Assembly (NCBI GenBank): GCA_963737075.1
Contig: CAVTRI010000004.1
Coordinates: forward strand, 65,695 to 129,694
DNA from: an uncultured Actinomycetota bacterium
GTDB lineage: Bacteria > Actinomycetota > Acidimicrobiia > Acidimicrobiales > Palsa-688
DNA: 64,000 nt
Direction of reading: 5' to 3'
Made by a program: the position numbers and the translations under genes. Under the pieces are notes generated by a model. It was not told the DNA's origin. It was given only the letters and a program-made list of their open reading frames with translations, and did not search any database. Positions within the stretch are counted from its first letter, which is position 1; every line of letters starts with the position of its first letter. This document shows, piece by piece, positions 1-9,808 of the stretch.

Positions 1-497
1 TGTAACGGGATCTTGGCATCCGAGGGATGAAGCGCCTGCTTCCCGCGGCCGATCATGACCGGGTGAACGTAGAGGCGGTACTCGTCGATCAGGTCGTGGC
101 GGGCGAACTCCGCACCCAGGTCGGAGCCGCCGAGGACGATGTGCCCCCCGGGCTGTGCCTTGAGAGCGAGCACCTCGGCCGGCACGACGTCGTGGGCGAT
201 CGTCGCATTCCACCTGGCATGTTCCAGGGTGCGTGAGTAGACGACCTTGGGCATGTCCCGCCATATCCGAGCGAACTCGACGATCGTCGGTGTCGCGGCC
301 GGGTCCTGATCCGCTGTCGGCCAGAACTCGGCCATCAGCTCGTAGGTGACTCGCCCTTCGAGGAAGGTGCCAGCGGCGCCGATCCAGCCGTTCATGTGGC
401 GAGGAGCTCGTCATCGACCATGCCAGTCGATCTTCCGGTTTGGCCCTTCCATGTAGCCGTCGACCGACACTGACATCGTCCAGATGATCTTGCGCAT
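1..497 (-). pseudogene. RibD C-terminal domain (dihydrofolate-reductase-like) family protein, copy a; 3' end lies beyond the window; internal stop
   Basis: Minus strand from ATG 497-495 reads MRKIIWTMSVSVDGYMEGPNRKIDWHGR, then TGA at 413-411. The same frame resumes MNGWIGAAGTFLEGRVTYELMAEFWPTADQDP...IVLGGSDLGAEFARHDLIDEYRLYVHPVMIGRGK. The family-typical VDDELLAT is readable only in another frame between about 415 and 388, implying two nearby compensating indels. Confidence 0.75.
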
Positions 498-499
498 GG

Positions 500-994
500 T
501 CAGTCCCGGACGTCGGCGGTCATTTCAGCAACCTGTTCGGCGAGGTGTGCGAGGGAGTTGCCCAGATGCTCTGGAGGGAACGGCGGGAACCCGATGTGTT
601 CTCGGATCGGGTCTGCGACTGCCGACCAGTCGTAGGTGAGTGTCACAGTGGTTTTCGACGGTCCGGCCGGCGTGAGGTCGTATCGCCAGACCCAGCCGGG
701 AAAGCTCACGCTAGCGTCGAAGGCCTCATTCCCCGGCTCCCAGGAAATGGTCGTTGGGGGGTCGAACACGTGAACACGATTGGCCATCTGGTAGGTGCCG
801 TCGGGGTGGCCCGGATGGTACATGGACATCCGGAAGATCTGCCGAGCGGCGGGCAATGGCTTGCGGTCGACGGCTTCGCGGACCCAGCCGGTGCCATCGA
901 TGGCAGCGTGCTTCGCCGGATCGGCAAGCACGGCGAAGATCGCCTCCGCCGGAGCCTGAATCACCGTGGTCGCGCTGACTCGCTCGTCGGCCAC
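500..994 (-). CDS. SRPBCC (polyketide cyclase/dehydrase-like) family protein
   Basis: Intact 164-aa ORF. The N-terminal pattern SATTVIQAPAEAIFAVLADPAKHAAIDGTGWV is typical of SRPBCC ligand-binding proteins. Its stop lies 2 nt from the start of RibD_C copy a. Confidence 0.65.
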   Translation of the reverse strand: MADERVSATTVIQAPAEAIFAVLADPAKHAAIDGTGWVREAVDRKPLPAARQIFRMSMYHPGHPDGTYQMANRVHVFDPPTTISWEPGNEAFDASVSFPGWVWRYDLTPAGPSKTTVTLTYDWSAVADPIREHIGFPPFPPEHLGNSLAHLAEQVAEMTADVRD

Positions 995-1020
995 TTCGCT
1001 ACCTCCTCAATCGTGTTGGA

Positions 1021-1681
1021 CTAGTCACGCTTCGGCGCTGGCGGCCCTGGCGGCCCGGACAGAACCGTTGGGACGTACTCAAGCAGTTGGATGCGTCCGT
1101 CGAAGGTGCGGCTGTTGATCATGTCGAGCGCCACGTCCGGATAGCCGTCGTAGATCCGCTCCCGGCCGGTGCTCCCGGTGATCACGGGGAAGACGACCAC
1201 GCGGAAGCGGTCCACCAGACCCGCATTCAGCAGTGAGCGGCATAGGGTCAGGCTGCCGATCGTGCGCATCGACCTCGACTCGCCTGCCTTCATCTCTCGC
1301 ACCACCTCAACCGCGTCCCGGGCGACGAGCTGCGTGTTCGCCCACGCTAGTCATCCGTCGGTGAAACAACTTCGGCGGTTGGATACACGGCAGCCACCGA
1401 AGTCAAATCCGCGACGCCGGACTAGGGGCTCGTGCAACGTCGTCGAGAAGACGACCTTGGACATGCCGGCCAGGGGTTCGGTGCCTGGCTCGCCCGCAGC
1501 GGCGAATGCCGACATGACGCGATAGGTGGTTGCGCCCATCAACACGGTGTAATCGGCTTCGGGGGCCTCTGCGAGCCAGGCCAGGTACTCGGGCCCCTTC
1601 CAGGCCCCACCAGCCCGGCCATCCCTCAGCGGCCGCGTAGCCGTCCAGCGACGTGATGAAGTCGATGAGCAGTTCCGGCAT
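1021..1681 (-). pseudogene. RibD C-terminal domain family protein, copy b; multiple frameshifts plus an inserted palindromic segment
   Basis: Three frames are needed. They read MPELLIDFITSLDGYAAAEGWPGWWGLEG, then PEYLAWLAEAPEADYTVLMGATTYRVMSAFAAAG...VVFSTTLHEPL, then AWANTQLVARDAVEVVREMKAGESRSMRTIGSLTLCRSLLNAGLVDRFRVVVFPVITGSTG. About 70 nt of extra sequence, with a 10-bp-stem hairpin at 1369-1403, separates the last two parts. Confidence 0.75.
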
Positions 1682-1693
1682 CGTCGTGTGCCG

Positions 1694-2320
1694 CTACGTC
1701 CGGTGGCCATGGTCATCTATCAGGTTCTCCTTCGCCTGCTCGTATCCGCCCGTAGGCGGGTCTGGGTCAGGGCCGTAGACCAGGTACATCACGCCCGTGG
1801 CGAACGGCTGTGAGGAGACCAGGCGGAGCGGGATCTGTGAACTGTCATCCGCGAAGAGACGCAATCCCGTACCGGCTAGCACCGGATGGACGAAAAGATG
1901 CAGCTCGTCAAGTAGTCCCGCTCCTAGCAGTTGGCGCACGACCGAGACCGACCCGCTCAGCGCGATTCGCCCGATCGTGGGGGTGGCCTTGAGGCGAGTC
2001 ACCTCCTCGATGAGGCCGCCCTGAAGCTGCTCGGAGTTGCGCCAAACGAGCTGGAGCGGTCGCCGCGAGGCGACGATCTTGCGCATGTCGCCGAGGTGCT
2101 TGGCCATGGCTGCGTCCGCCTCGCCGGCAGCCTCGCGGGCCGGCCACGCGCCGGCGAAGCTGTCGTAGGTGACCCGGCCGAACAGCATCAAATCGGCGTT
2201 GTGGGTTCCTTCGACCGCTTTGCCCATCTCGTCGTTGAAGTACGGAAAGTGCCAGGAACCGATCATCGGGTCGACGACCCCGTCGAGGGCCATGAACATG
2301 CTGGACGTGATGGTCGCCAT
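1694..2320 (-). CDS. RibD C-terminal domain family protein, copy c
   Basis: ATG at 2320-2318 preceded by GGGGAGA. Reads MATITSSMFMALDGVVDP...FGRVTYDSFAGAWP...ALSGSVSVVRQLLGAGLLDELHLFVHPVLAGTG. The 359-aa ORF in the track is an upstream over-extension. Confidence 0.8.
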   Translation of the reverse strand: MATITSSMFMALDGVVDPMIGSWHFPYFNDEMGKAVEGTHNADLMLFGRVTYDSFAGAWPAREAAGEADAAMAKHLGDMRKIVASRRPLQLVWRNSEQLQGGLIEEVTRLKATPTIGRIALSGSVSVVRQLLGAGLLDELHLFVHPVLAGTGLRLFADDSSQIPLRLVSSQPFATGVMYLVYGPDPDPPTGGYEQAKENLIDDHGHRT

Positions 2321-2672
2321 CGAAGTCTCCCCGATTGAAGAACGCTGATCTCTTTCGCTATCAGACGGTGCACGCAGTCGGAAGTCATCGCACTGGTGAC
2401 CTCGTCCCGCCGGCCCACGTGTGAAGGGAGGCGGGCGACGTCGCGATCCCGCGCCGCCGACTACCGGCACCCGTGCAAGACACTGGTTCGTATGCGACAG
2501 CGGGTCGCACGATCCATATCGAGGAGCGGACTTGATGCCCGCCTCCTCCCAGTCGGGTAGCGGGTCTGCGGAGTCCTCGAGGCCGAAGACGCGATACGTG
2601 AGGGCGTCCGGCGCGTGCCTACAGTTCCGTGTCCAGGAATGACCGCGGCGTGCTGGGGTGAGGTCGTCCTCG

Positions 2673-3314
2673 TCATCGGGTGAATGTGAGGTGGGTGACG
2701 CCGCTGGGCGTCGAGACTGCCTCCACGTCGTACTGCTGCTCCAACGCCTCGAGGCCGTCCCACAGCCGAACACCGCGGCCGAGCAGGATCGGCACCTGCA
2801 CGACGTGTAGGTGGTCGACTAGGCCGGCGGCGATGAACGCGCGCATCATGGTCGGACCCCCGCCGATGCGGACGTCCTGACCGGCGGCTGCATCCCGCGC
2901 CACCTCGAGTGCATCCGCTGGTGCGGCGTCGAGGAAGTGGAATGTCGTACCACCCTCCATCTCCAGCGACGGGCGCGGACTGTGTGTCAGGACGTAGGTC
3001 GGCGTGTGGAACGGCGGGTTGTCACCCCACCACCCCCGCCACTCCGGGTCGTCCTGCCAGCTCGGAGGGCCGAACTTGCCCGCGCCCATGATCTCCGCAC
3101 CGATCCCGGGTCCGTGCCGCTCGGCCATCGCGGCGTCGACGCCCTCGGTGCCGCCCGACTCGCCGAGGACTTGGCGGCGGCCGAACCGAGTGGCGAACAT
3201 CCACTCGTGGAGCCGATGCCCGGCGTGGCCGAACGGCGTGTCGAGGGCCTGCCCCTCGCCGGTCGCGAACCCGTCGAGCGAGATCGAGAAGTTGTGGATC
3301 CGGACGCGCGACAT
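2673..3314 (-). CDS. RibD C-terminal domain family protein, copy d
   Basis: 213-aa ORF with GAAGGGAG upstream. Reads MSRVRIHNFSISLDGFATGEGQ...VRIGGGPTMMRAFIAAGLVDHLHVVQVPILLGRG. Confidence 0.8.
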   Translation of the reverse strand: MSRVRIHNFSISLDGFATGEGQALDTPFGHAGHRLHEWMFATRFGRRQVLGESGGTEGVDAAMAERHGPGIGAEIMGAGKFGPPSWQDDPEWRGWWGDNPPFHTPTYVLTHSPRPSLEMEGGTTFHFLDAAPADALEVARDAAAGQDVRIGGGPTMMRAFIAAGLVDHLHVVQVPILLGRGVRLWDGLEALEQQYDVEAVSTPSGVTHLTFTR

Positions 3315-3769
3315 GGCGGCTCCCTTCGGCTGGTGGTGGTCGGTCAGACTGGTTGGCGGCCGGAGTGGCAGATCCCGTCACCGTGCTATGACGCACGAGA
3401 TACTGCTGCGGCGCCCGGCGGGCTCTGTGATGGTCGCGGCCGGTGTTCGCGCACCCCGGCGAGGCCGTCGTCTGGAACGTCCGCGGTGAACCGGCCGCGC
3501 CAACGCCGCCCTACCCCTGCCAGTCCCGACCGTCGGACAGACCAGTCGACGGTCATGCCCGCTCGCACGTACGCGGTCGCCAGTTGGCAGGCTGCCGCTC
3601 GGGCGGAGCCCGCCCGCAACTTCCATTGTTCCCTCCTGGCCTGTGGCACCGGTCCGCTGATCCCGCCGGTGGCAGGCAACGCACCGATGGTCACCAGGTA
3701 TTCGGCCATGCTGCCCAGTCTCGCCGGGTCGGTCCGAGCGGTCCAGGCGTCCCCCGTCTCTTCTCATGG

Positions 3770-4645
3770 GTGGTCGTCTTCGTGGTGGGCGGGGTCGTCG
3801 GTCTGCGATGAGCGGGCGCCGAGGTCACGTAACCATGAGATGACGTTCTGGCCTACCTGGCCGGCTACCTGATCGAGAAGAGCCTGTCGGTCGACTATGT
3901 GTTCGTGTTCGGCCTCATCTTCACGTTGTTCGGCATCCCCGGCGCATTTCAACACCGGGTCTTGATGTTCGGGGTGGTGGGCGCCGTGGTGATGCGGGCC
4001 GGCTTCATCGCCGGCGGCGCCGCCCTGCTGGACGCGTTCGCGCCCACCATCTACCTGTTCGGGGCGTTGCTGGTCTTCACCGCATACCACGTGCTCCGCC
4101 ACGGCGGCGAGACTATGAACCCACAGGGGAACGGGGTGCTCCGGTTGACAGGTCGGGTCCTGTCCTCCACAGACACCCTGGACGGACCACGGTTCTTCAC
4201 CCGCGTCGACGGGCGACGGGTGGCTACCCCCCTCTTGGCCGTGCTCGTGGTGATAGAGACGACCGACGTGATTTTCGCTGTCGATTCCATCCCGGCCATC
4301 TTCGCCGTGACACGCGACACCTTCGTCGTGTTCACATCGAACGTGTTCGCGCTGCTCGGCATGCGGGCTCTCTAGTTCCTCCTCGCAGGGGCTGCCCGCC
4401 GCGTCCGCTACCTCCAACCCGCCCTGGCCGTCATCCTGGCCGGCGTCGGCGTCAAGCTCCTGATCAGCGACATGTATCACGTCCCCCTGTGGGGCTCGCT
4501 CATATTCATCCTCGTGGTCCTGGCCGTCGCCGTCATGCTGTCGGTCACCGCGACCAGCCGCCGAGCCCCTACCGTCGGAGCCATAACGCCGACCGACGTC
4601 CCGGCGAGCCGCAGCGTGCCCGACCCGTATCCCGGTCCTGGGTGA
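3770..4645 (+). pseudogene. TerC/Alx family integral membrane protein; N-terminal deletion plus an in-frame TAG
   Basis: Reads LAGYLIEKSLSVDYVFVFGLIF...DSIPAIFAVTRDTFVVFTSNVFALLGMRAL, then TAG (4373-4375), then FLLAGAARRVRYLQPALAVILAGVGVKLLISD to TGA 4643-4645. The family has LRALYFLL at this point, so TAG replaces a Tyr codon. An upstream in-frame stop sits at 3836, and only about 15 codons separate the first TM-like WVVVFVVGGVVGL from LAGYL. Confidence 0.8.
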
Positions 4646-4708
4646 CGGTGGTCGACCTCCCCCAAGGGGCGGTCCTCACCACAGCCACCCCGTGTCGGTG
4701 ATGGCGCG

Positions 4709-5359
4709 ATGGTGCCGGCCACGATCCCGTTCGCGGTGGCCGCCGCGTTCTTTCCGCCCGCGCTCGCCGTCATGGTCTGGCTTCTGGCCACCCCGCCCGG
4801 CAGTCGCCGAGCCTTGATCTACTTGGGCGGCGCTGCGACGTCCACCGTGGTCAGCGGGGCGCTGATCATGGTCGTCCTGCGCGGCGTCGACATCGACGCC
4901 AGCCTCCGGACCCAGATCGAGGCGGCGGTGCAGGTGACCCTGGGCAGCGTTTTCGTGAGTGTCGCCCTCGGGCTGGTGATCCGTCAACCCCGACTGAGAC
5001 CTCGCGACGCGACCGTCGACGCCCCCAGGTTGCGCGCCGGTGGCTATGCCGGGATCTACTTGTTGGGCGTCGTCATGTGGATGCCGTCATTCGCCTACAT
5101 CGCCGCGATCGACCTCATCGTGGATTCCGATCTGGCCCTCCCCCGCCAGATCCTGAACCTTCTGCTCGTCGATCTCATCGTCCTCGCCACCGTCGAGATC
5201 CCCCTCCTGCTTCAGCTGCTGGTACCGACGGCCAGCACCCGCGTCGTCGCCCGACTGGACGATCTCGCCCGCCGCTACGCCTGGCAGCTGGGCACCCTCA
5301 CCGCGGGAGGCGGCGGCATCTACCTCATCATCCGAGGCTCACTCGAGCTCGCCGCGTGA
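4709..5359 (+). CDS. multi-pass membrane protein (GAP-family-like)
   Basis: 216-aa ORF with about 6 hydrophobic segments and good GC3 bias. Family assignment is from memory only. Confidence 0.5.
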   Translation: MVPATIPFAVAAAFFPPALAVMVWLLATPPGSRRALIYLGGAATSTVVSGALIMVVLRGVDIDASLRTQIEAAVQVTLGSVFVSVALGLVIRQPRLRPRDATVDAPRLRAGGYAGIYLLGVVMWMPSFAYIAAIDLIVDSDLALPRQILNLLLVDLIVLATVEIPLLLQLLVPTASTRVVARLDDLARRYAWQLGTLTAGGGGIYLIIRGSLELAA

Positions 5360-5640
5360 CCGGCGACCACCCTGCGCCGGTCCGCTCGGGATGTGACCGG
5401 GATCCCGCGGGCGGCGACCGCAGGTCGGCCAATCAAGGAACTGGTCGTGGCCCACGGCGAGTCTGTAGCGCGGCGCCAGCCCAGCCGACGGGTGGCGCAC
5501 CATTTCTGGTGCGCGTCCCGCTTGCGACTGAGGGCTAAAGCGGCCGGGGGGCGAAGCAATTCTCCACAACGTCTCCGTCCCGTAGACATCTCTCCCGCAC
5601 GCCGACGCGGTCCCCTGGTGGCCGTGACCGCACTGCTGCA

Positions 5641-6247
5641 CATCCGCCGACGTGGTCGACACCACCCTGGCACAGTGGCCGCCGTTATCGACTTCGGCCC
5701 ATTCGCGCGCCGGCGGCCACCTCCGCCGTGCCCAGCCGCGACCAGCTGACATGGGAGACGATCGTCGGTGCCGTGGAGCGCCGGTTCGGGCGGGCGTCGG
5801 TCCCACGGGGCGTCGAGGGTCTGCTCGCCCATGCCACCTTGGGCTGCCGGCAGGACAATGGATTCGAGCTCGACCGCTGGATCGAACTAGTTCGCACCAT
5901 AGTGATGCGCTACGGCGCCGACCTCAGCTCCCTGCAGATCACCAACGAGCCGAACTTGTCGTTTATGGACGGCGCCAATCCCTATGTTCTCGAGGTCTTA
6001 GTCCATGGGGTGATTGCGGCCAAGGAGCAGGCGCGCCGTCAAGGCGTCCAACTCGATGTCGGGTTCGGTTCGGTCCCCCGCAGGGCCGTCGCTGCCCAAC
6101 TTCTGGAGCGACATCGCCGCTCGCGCCAAAGAGAAGCTTATCGAGGCGGTCGATTTCGTCGGACACAACTTCTACGTCGACGTATTCGAAGAGCCCGTCC
6201 AACCGGAAGATATCCCTGCACACGTCGAGAGCCTGCTAGTGACCTGA
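5641..6247 (+). pseudogene. clan GH-A glycoside hydrolase fragment, frameshifted
   Basis: Reads ...RWIELVRTIVMRYGADLSSLQITNEPNLSF...VLVHGVIAAKEQARRQGVQLDVGFGSV in one frame. It continues ...PNFWSDIAARAKEKLIEAVDFVGHNFYVDVFEEP in another (ORF 6014-6247). The NEP acid/base motif is present. No credible N-terminus. Confidence 0.55.
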
Positions 6248-6327
6248 GTCCGAAAGATGTAGTCGGTAGGGAATCGTGGTGAGAGTGGCCGCGTTCAGTC
6301 GCCGTGTAAGCGACGATTGGAGGTGCT

Positions 6328-6414
6328 GTGCCCGACCCGATAGCCGTCCCGATAGTGCTCAGCGACGAGGAACGCACAACCGTGGAGCGCTGGGCGAGTG
6401 CTGGTGCCGCTTAG
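6328..6414 (+). pseudogene. remnant of an IS630-family transposase N-terminal HTH region
   Basis: 28 codons VPDPIAVPIVLSDEERTTVERWASAGAA resemble the start of a second IS630 subgroup (..LSDEER..LERW..). No downstream continuation. Overlaps the amidohydrolase stop. Confidence 0.35.
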
Positions 6415-7643
6415 ACCTGGGCATTTTCGTCCCCGGGTCGACGATGCACGGCTCCGGAGCGCATGACGAAGTCCACCTGGGCGGTGGCGGTGATGTCGTC
6501 GGCCGGGTTCCCGGGCATGGCGATGATGTCCGCGCACGCGCCGGGCTTAAGCACCCCGAGGTCGTCGCGGGCCAGAAGTTCAGCGGCAACCGAGGTGGCC
6601 GCCCGCAGCGCCCGAATCGGGTTCACGCCGGCGTGGACCATCGCCTGGAACTCGCGAATGCCGTGGCTGAAGGGGAACATGCCGCAGTCGGTACCGAAGG
6701 CGATCTTGGCGTCGCTGGAGGCCACCAGCCGCTGGGCGTCGACGATCCGCCGGTTGTCGCGGCTGAACTTCCAGACGGCTTGGCAGGGTAACGTGCCCGC
6801 GCGCAGTTCGCTGAGGTCCTCTTGGGTCATCTGCATGGTCGGCACGATGTACGCGCCACGCTGGGTGGCCATGGCGATGGCCTCCTCGTCAATCAGATAG
6901 GCGTGTTCGAGGGTCCGGGCACCATAGCGGACGGCCTGCTTGCACACGTCGGGGGCGCCGGTGTGCACGGCGACGGGCATCCCAAGCGTGCGGGCGGCGG
7001 AGCAGACGGCCTCCATCTCGTCATCAAACCATGTCTGGCGAGCCGGATCGTCGCCGGCGCTGAAGTACCCACCAGCGTTCGCCGTTTTGATCCAATCGGC
7101 GCCGTAGGTGTGCTCGCGGCGCACCAGCCGCCGGATGTCTTCGGTGCTGTCAGCAATCGTGGATAGCGGGAGATGCCAGCGTGAGGCGTAGAAGCCGCGC
7201 ACGTCGCCGTGGCCTCCTGAGGCGCTGATCACGTGCCCGGCGACGATCAGGCGCGGGCCTTGCACGAGTCCGGCGTCGAGGGCGTTGCGTAGGTCGACGG
7301 TCGGGAACTCGGGATCCATGCTCCCGAGGTCACGCAGCGTCGTGAAGCCGTAGCGCAGGTACTCGCGGGCGAGGTTAAGACCCTTCAGCGCCTTGGCAGC
7401 CGAGGATTCGAGCGTCTGCTGAGCCAGGTTGGAGGCGTCCATGGTCAGGTGCACGTGGGTGTCGATGAATCCCGGGCTGACCGTGCGGTCGGACAGGTCG
7501 ATCATCTCAGCGCCGTCGGGGCGGTTTACAGAACGTCCGATTTCGGAGATCAGGCCGTCGCGCACGAGAATTTCTGACTGCCCCGCCAGTGTCTCGGAGG
7601 CGCCGTCGAACACCGCTCCGCACACCAGGACCGACGCGCCCAC
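6411..7643 (-). CDS. amidohydrolase family metal-dependent hydrolase
   Basis: 410 aa. Contains VSPGFIDTHVHL (the HxH metal motif), GFTTLRDLGS and AFGTDCG near the C-terminus. Confidence 0.8.
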   Translation of the reverse strand: MGASVLVCGAVFDGASETLAGQSEILVRDGLISEIGRSVNRPDGAEMIDLSDRTVSPGFIDTHVHLTMDASNLAQQTLESSAAKALKGLNLAREYLRYGFTTLRDLGSMDPEFPTVDLRNALDAGLVQGPRLIVAGHVISASGGHGDVRGFYASRWHLPLSTIADSTEDIRRLVRREHTYGADWIKTANAGGYFSAGDDPARQTWFDDEMEAVCSAARTLGMPVAVHTGAPDVCKQAVRYGARTLEHAYLIDEEAIAMATQRGAYIVPTMQMTQEDLSELRAGTLPCQAVWKFSRDNRRIVDAQRLVASSDAKIAFGTDCGMFPFSHGIREFQAMVHAGVNPIRALRAATSVAAELLARDDLGVLKPGACADIIAMPGNPADDITATAQVDFVMRSGAVHRRPGDENAQV

Positions 7644-7808
7644 CCAAGAAAGGTACCCCGGTCTGGTGCCGTCTACCAGGGACGCCCCGGGCCGCGGCCC
7701 CTAAACGACGTCGCCCCGAAGCTCTGAAGGGGGTCTGCCTCTGTCGTCCTCTGGTGCTTGACCGATCATCGGAGGGTTGACGCACGGGGCGATTCGAGTG
7801 GCGCCTGC

Positions 7809-8468
7809 TCAGCGAGAGTGACGGTCGTCGTGGCCTCGTGCGTTGGGTAGGTTCAGATCGAAGTGCAGGCCGGCGAGCCGGATGAGGAAGCAGACGGCGG
7901 CGCCGATGATCGGGAAGGCCAGGTTGTGGGTGCCGCTCTTGGTGGCGCCGACGACGATCGCGGCACCGACGAGGGCCGGAACTGCGTACAGGCCGGTACG
8001 GAGGACGACGGGGATCTGTCCCACGAGGATGTCGCGGACCACGCCGCCACCTACGCCGGTGATCGCTCCCAGCACGACCGCTTCGACGGCGCCGACGTGA
8101 AAATCGAGCGCGGTGCTCGCACCCGTGACGCAGAACAGACCGAGTCCCGCCGCGTCGAGGACGAGGATCGGACGTTCGAGTCGTTTAAGTGCGGGCGCCG
8201 CCATGAACGTGACGAGCCCCGCACCGCCCGCGGCCGCCAGGTAGCGCCAGTCGCGAAAGGTCTGCGGTGGGATGCCGATGAGCACGTCGCGGGTGATGCC
8301 GCCCGCGAGTCCGACGACCACGGCGAGCACGACGACGCCAAAGACGTCGAGGCGCTTCTGTACGCCGGCGAGCCCGCCGCTGAGTCCGAACACGAACGTC
8401 CCGACCAGGTTGAGAACGAGCAGGAGTGTCGGGTCGAATCCATGGAGAACCGCGGTCGCTGCCAGCAT
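7809..8468 (-). CDS. trimeric intracellular cation channel (UPF0126/YadS) family membrane protein
   Basis: 219 aa with two internal repeats carrying GGITRDVL and GGGVVRDIL motifs. Confidence 0.75.
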   Translation of the reverse strand: MLAATAVLHGFDPTLLLVLNLVGTFVFGLSGGLAGVQKRLDVFGVVVLAVVVGLAGGITRDVLIGIPPQTFRDWRYLAAAGGAGLVTFMAAPALKRLERPILVLDAAGLGLFCVTGASTALDFHVGAVEAVVLGAITGVGGGVVRDILVGQIPVVLRTGLYAVPALVGAAIVVGATKSGTHNLAFPIIGAAVCFLIRLAGLHFDLNLPNARGHDDRHSR

Positions 8469-8510
8469 GTCGGGATGTCGCGCAGCCTGGGGGGCGAGCG
8501 GGTCAGCGTC

Positions 8511-9747
8511 TCACGAGGTGCCGAGCCAAGCGTACGCTGCCGCTAGCAGCGTCTCCACCCCGGTTTCCAAGGTCGGGTGTAGCACCGGCGCGAAGCGCGG
8601 GTTGTGGTTGGTCGGCAATTCGGCAAGCCGGCCTGCTTCTTTTGCCTGGTGGTACTTCTCCGGATCGGTACCGCCGATGGTCCAGAAGACCGCAGGGGCG
8701 TGCCACTCGCTGCCGAAAGAGCCGAAGTCTTCGCTGGCCGATATGGGCGGGATGTCAACCACGTGCTGGTCGCCGAAGTGGGTCTGGAATGCGGTTCGCA
8801 CCCGGGTGGCGGCGTCGGGGTCGTTGCGGACGAGCTGGTATCGGTCCAGCGGCGTGATCTCCGGCGCCTTGGGCGCGCCGGACGCCTGCGCTTCGGCGTC
8901 GACGATCCGCTTGATCGCGTCGAGCACGTGTTTGCGGATGCCCTCGTCAAAGGTGCGTACGTTCAGTTTGATGATCGCCTCGTCGGGGATCACGTTCTCT
9001 TTGGTGCCGGCCTGCAGCGCACCCACGGTGAGAACCGCTGACTGCGCGGCCGCGACCTCTCGAGAGACGATCGTCTGCAGGCGCATGACCGTGGCCGCGG
9101 CCATGACCACGGGGTCGATGCTCGCCTCCGGCATCGAGCCGTGCGCGCCGCGGCCGAACATGCGGATCTCGAAGCTGTCGGCTGCTGAGGTGATCACGCC
9201 CGAGCGACTCCCGATCATGCCCGCCGGCTGGGGCATCACATGCTGGCCGAGGATGACGTCGGGCTTGGGGAACCGGTCGAAGAGGCCGTCGTCGATCATG
9301 GCCTGGGCGCCCGCCGCGGTCTCCTCGGCGGGCTGGAAGACCGCCATCAGCGTCCCACCCCAGGCGTCGCGCAGCTGCGGACAGCTGGGCTGTCGCGCCC
9401 GCCAACCAAGCGACGTGCATGTCGTGGCCGCACGCATGCATGACACCCTCGACTGTGCTGGCGTAGTCGAGACCGGTCTGCTCCTGCACTGGGAGCGCGT
9501 CCATATCGGCGCGCAGCATCACCGTCGGTCCGTCGCCATTGTGGAGCACGCCGACGACGCCGGTATTCCCCACCCCCGTGGTCACCTCGAAACCAGCTGT
9601 CTGCAGCCGCTTCGCTGCGAGCGCAGCGGTCCGCTGCTCCTTCATGGATAGCTCGGGATGCCGGTGAACTTCCTTGTACAGCCCCTCCAGGTCGTCGAGC
9701 ATCGTGCCGACGCCGGCGAAGAGCGACTCGCTGCGTTCATCACTCAT
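8511..9747 (-). pseudogene. M20 family amidohydrolase (hippurate hydrolase / N-acyl-amino-acid amidohydrolase type), one frameshift
   Basis: The N-terminal ORF (9747-8947) reads ...LHNGDGPTVMLRADMDALPVQEQTGLDYAS..MHACGHDMHVAWLAGATAQL. The C-terminal ORF (9446-8511) reads ...RDAWGGTLMAVFQPAEETAAGAQAMIDDG...MFGRGAHGSMPE... The frame switch is at about 9370-9392. Confidence 0.8.
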
Positions 9748-9794
9748 GGTTCCTCCTTGGTGACACGCAAGCGTCTGAAGCTGGCTACCCGCCA

Positions 9795-9808
9795 GTGAGC
9801 ACGCTCAC
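9795..9808. promoter_or_regulatory. perfect 14-bp palindrome GTGAGC-AC-GCTCAC upstream of the M20 gene (candidate operator)
   Basis: Seen directly in the sequence, about 50 bp upstream of the M20 start codon at 9747. Confidence 0.3.

Noticed and set aside
411-413. In-frame TGA (RibD_C copy a) and TAG (terC, 4373-4375) as selenocysteine/pyrrolysine recoding or readthrough.
   Set aside because: The TGA sits in a locally out-of-frame stretch and the TAG replaces a conserved Tyr. No SECIS-like hairpin or Pyl context was evident. Decay is the simpler explanation.
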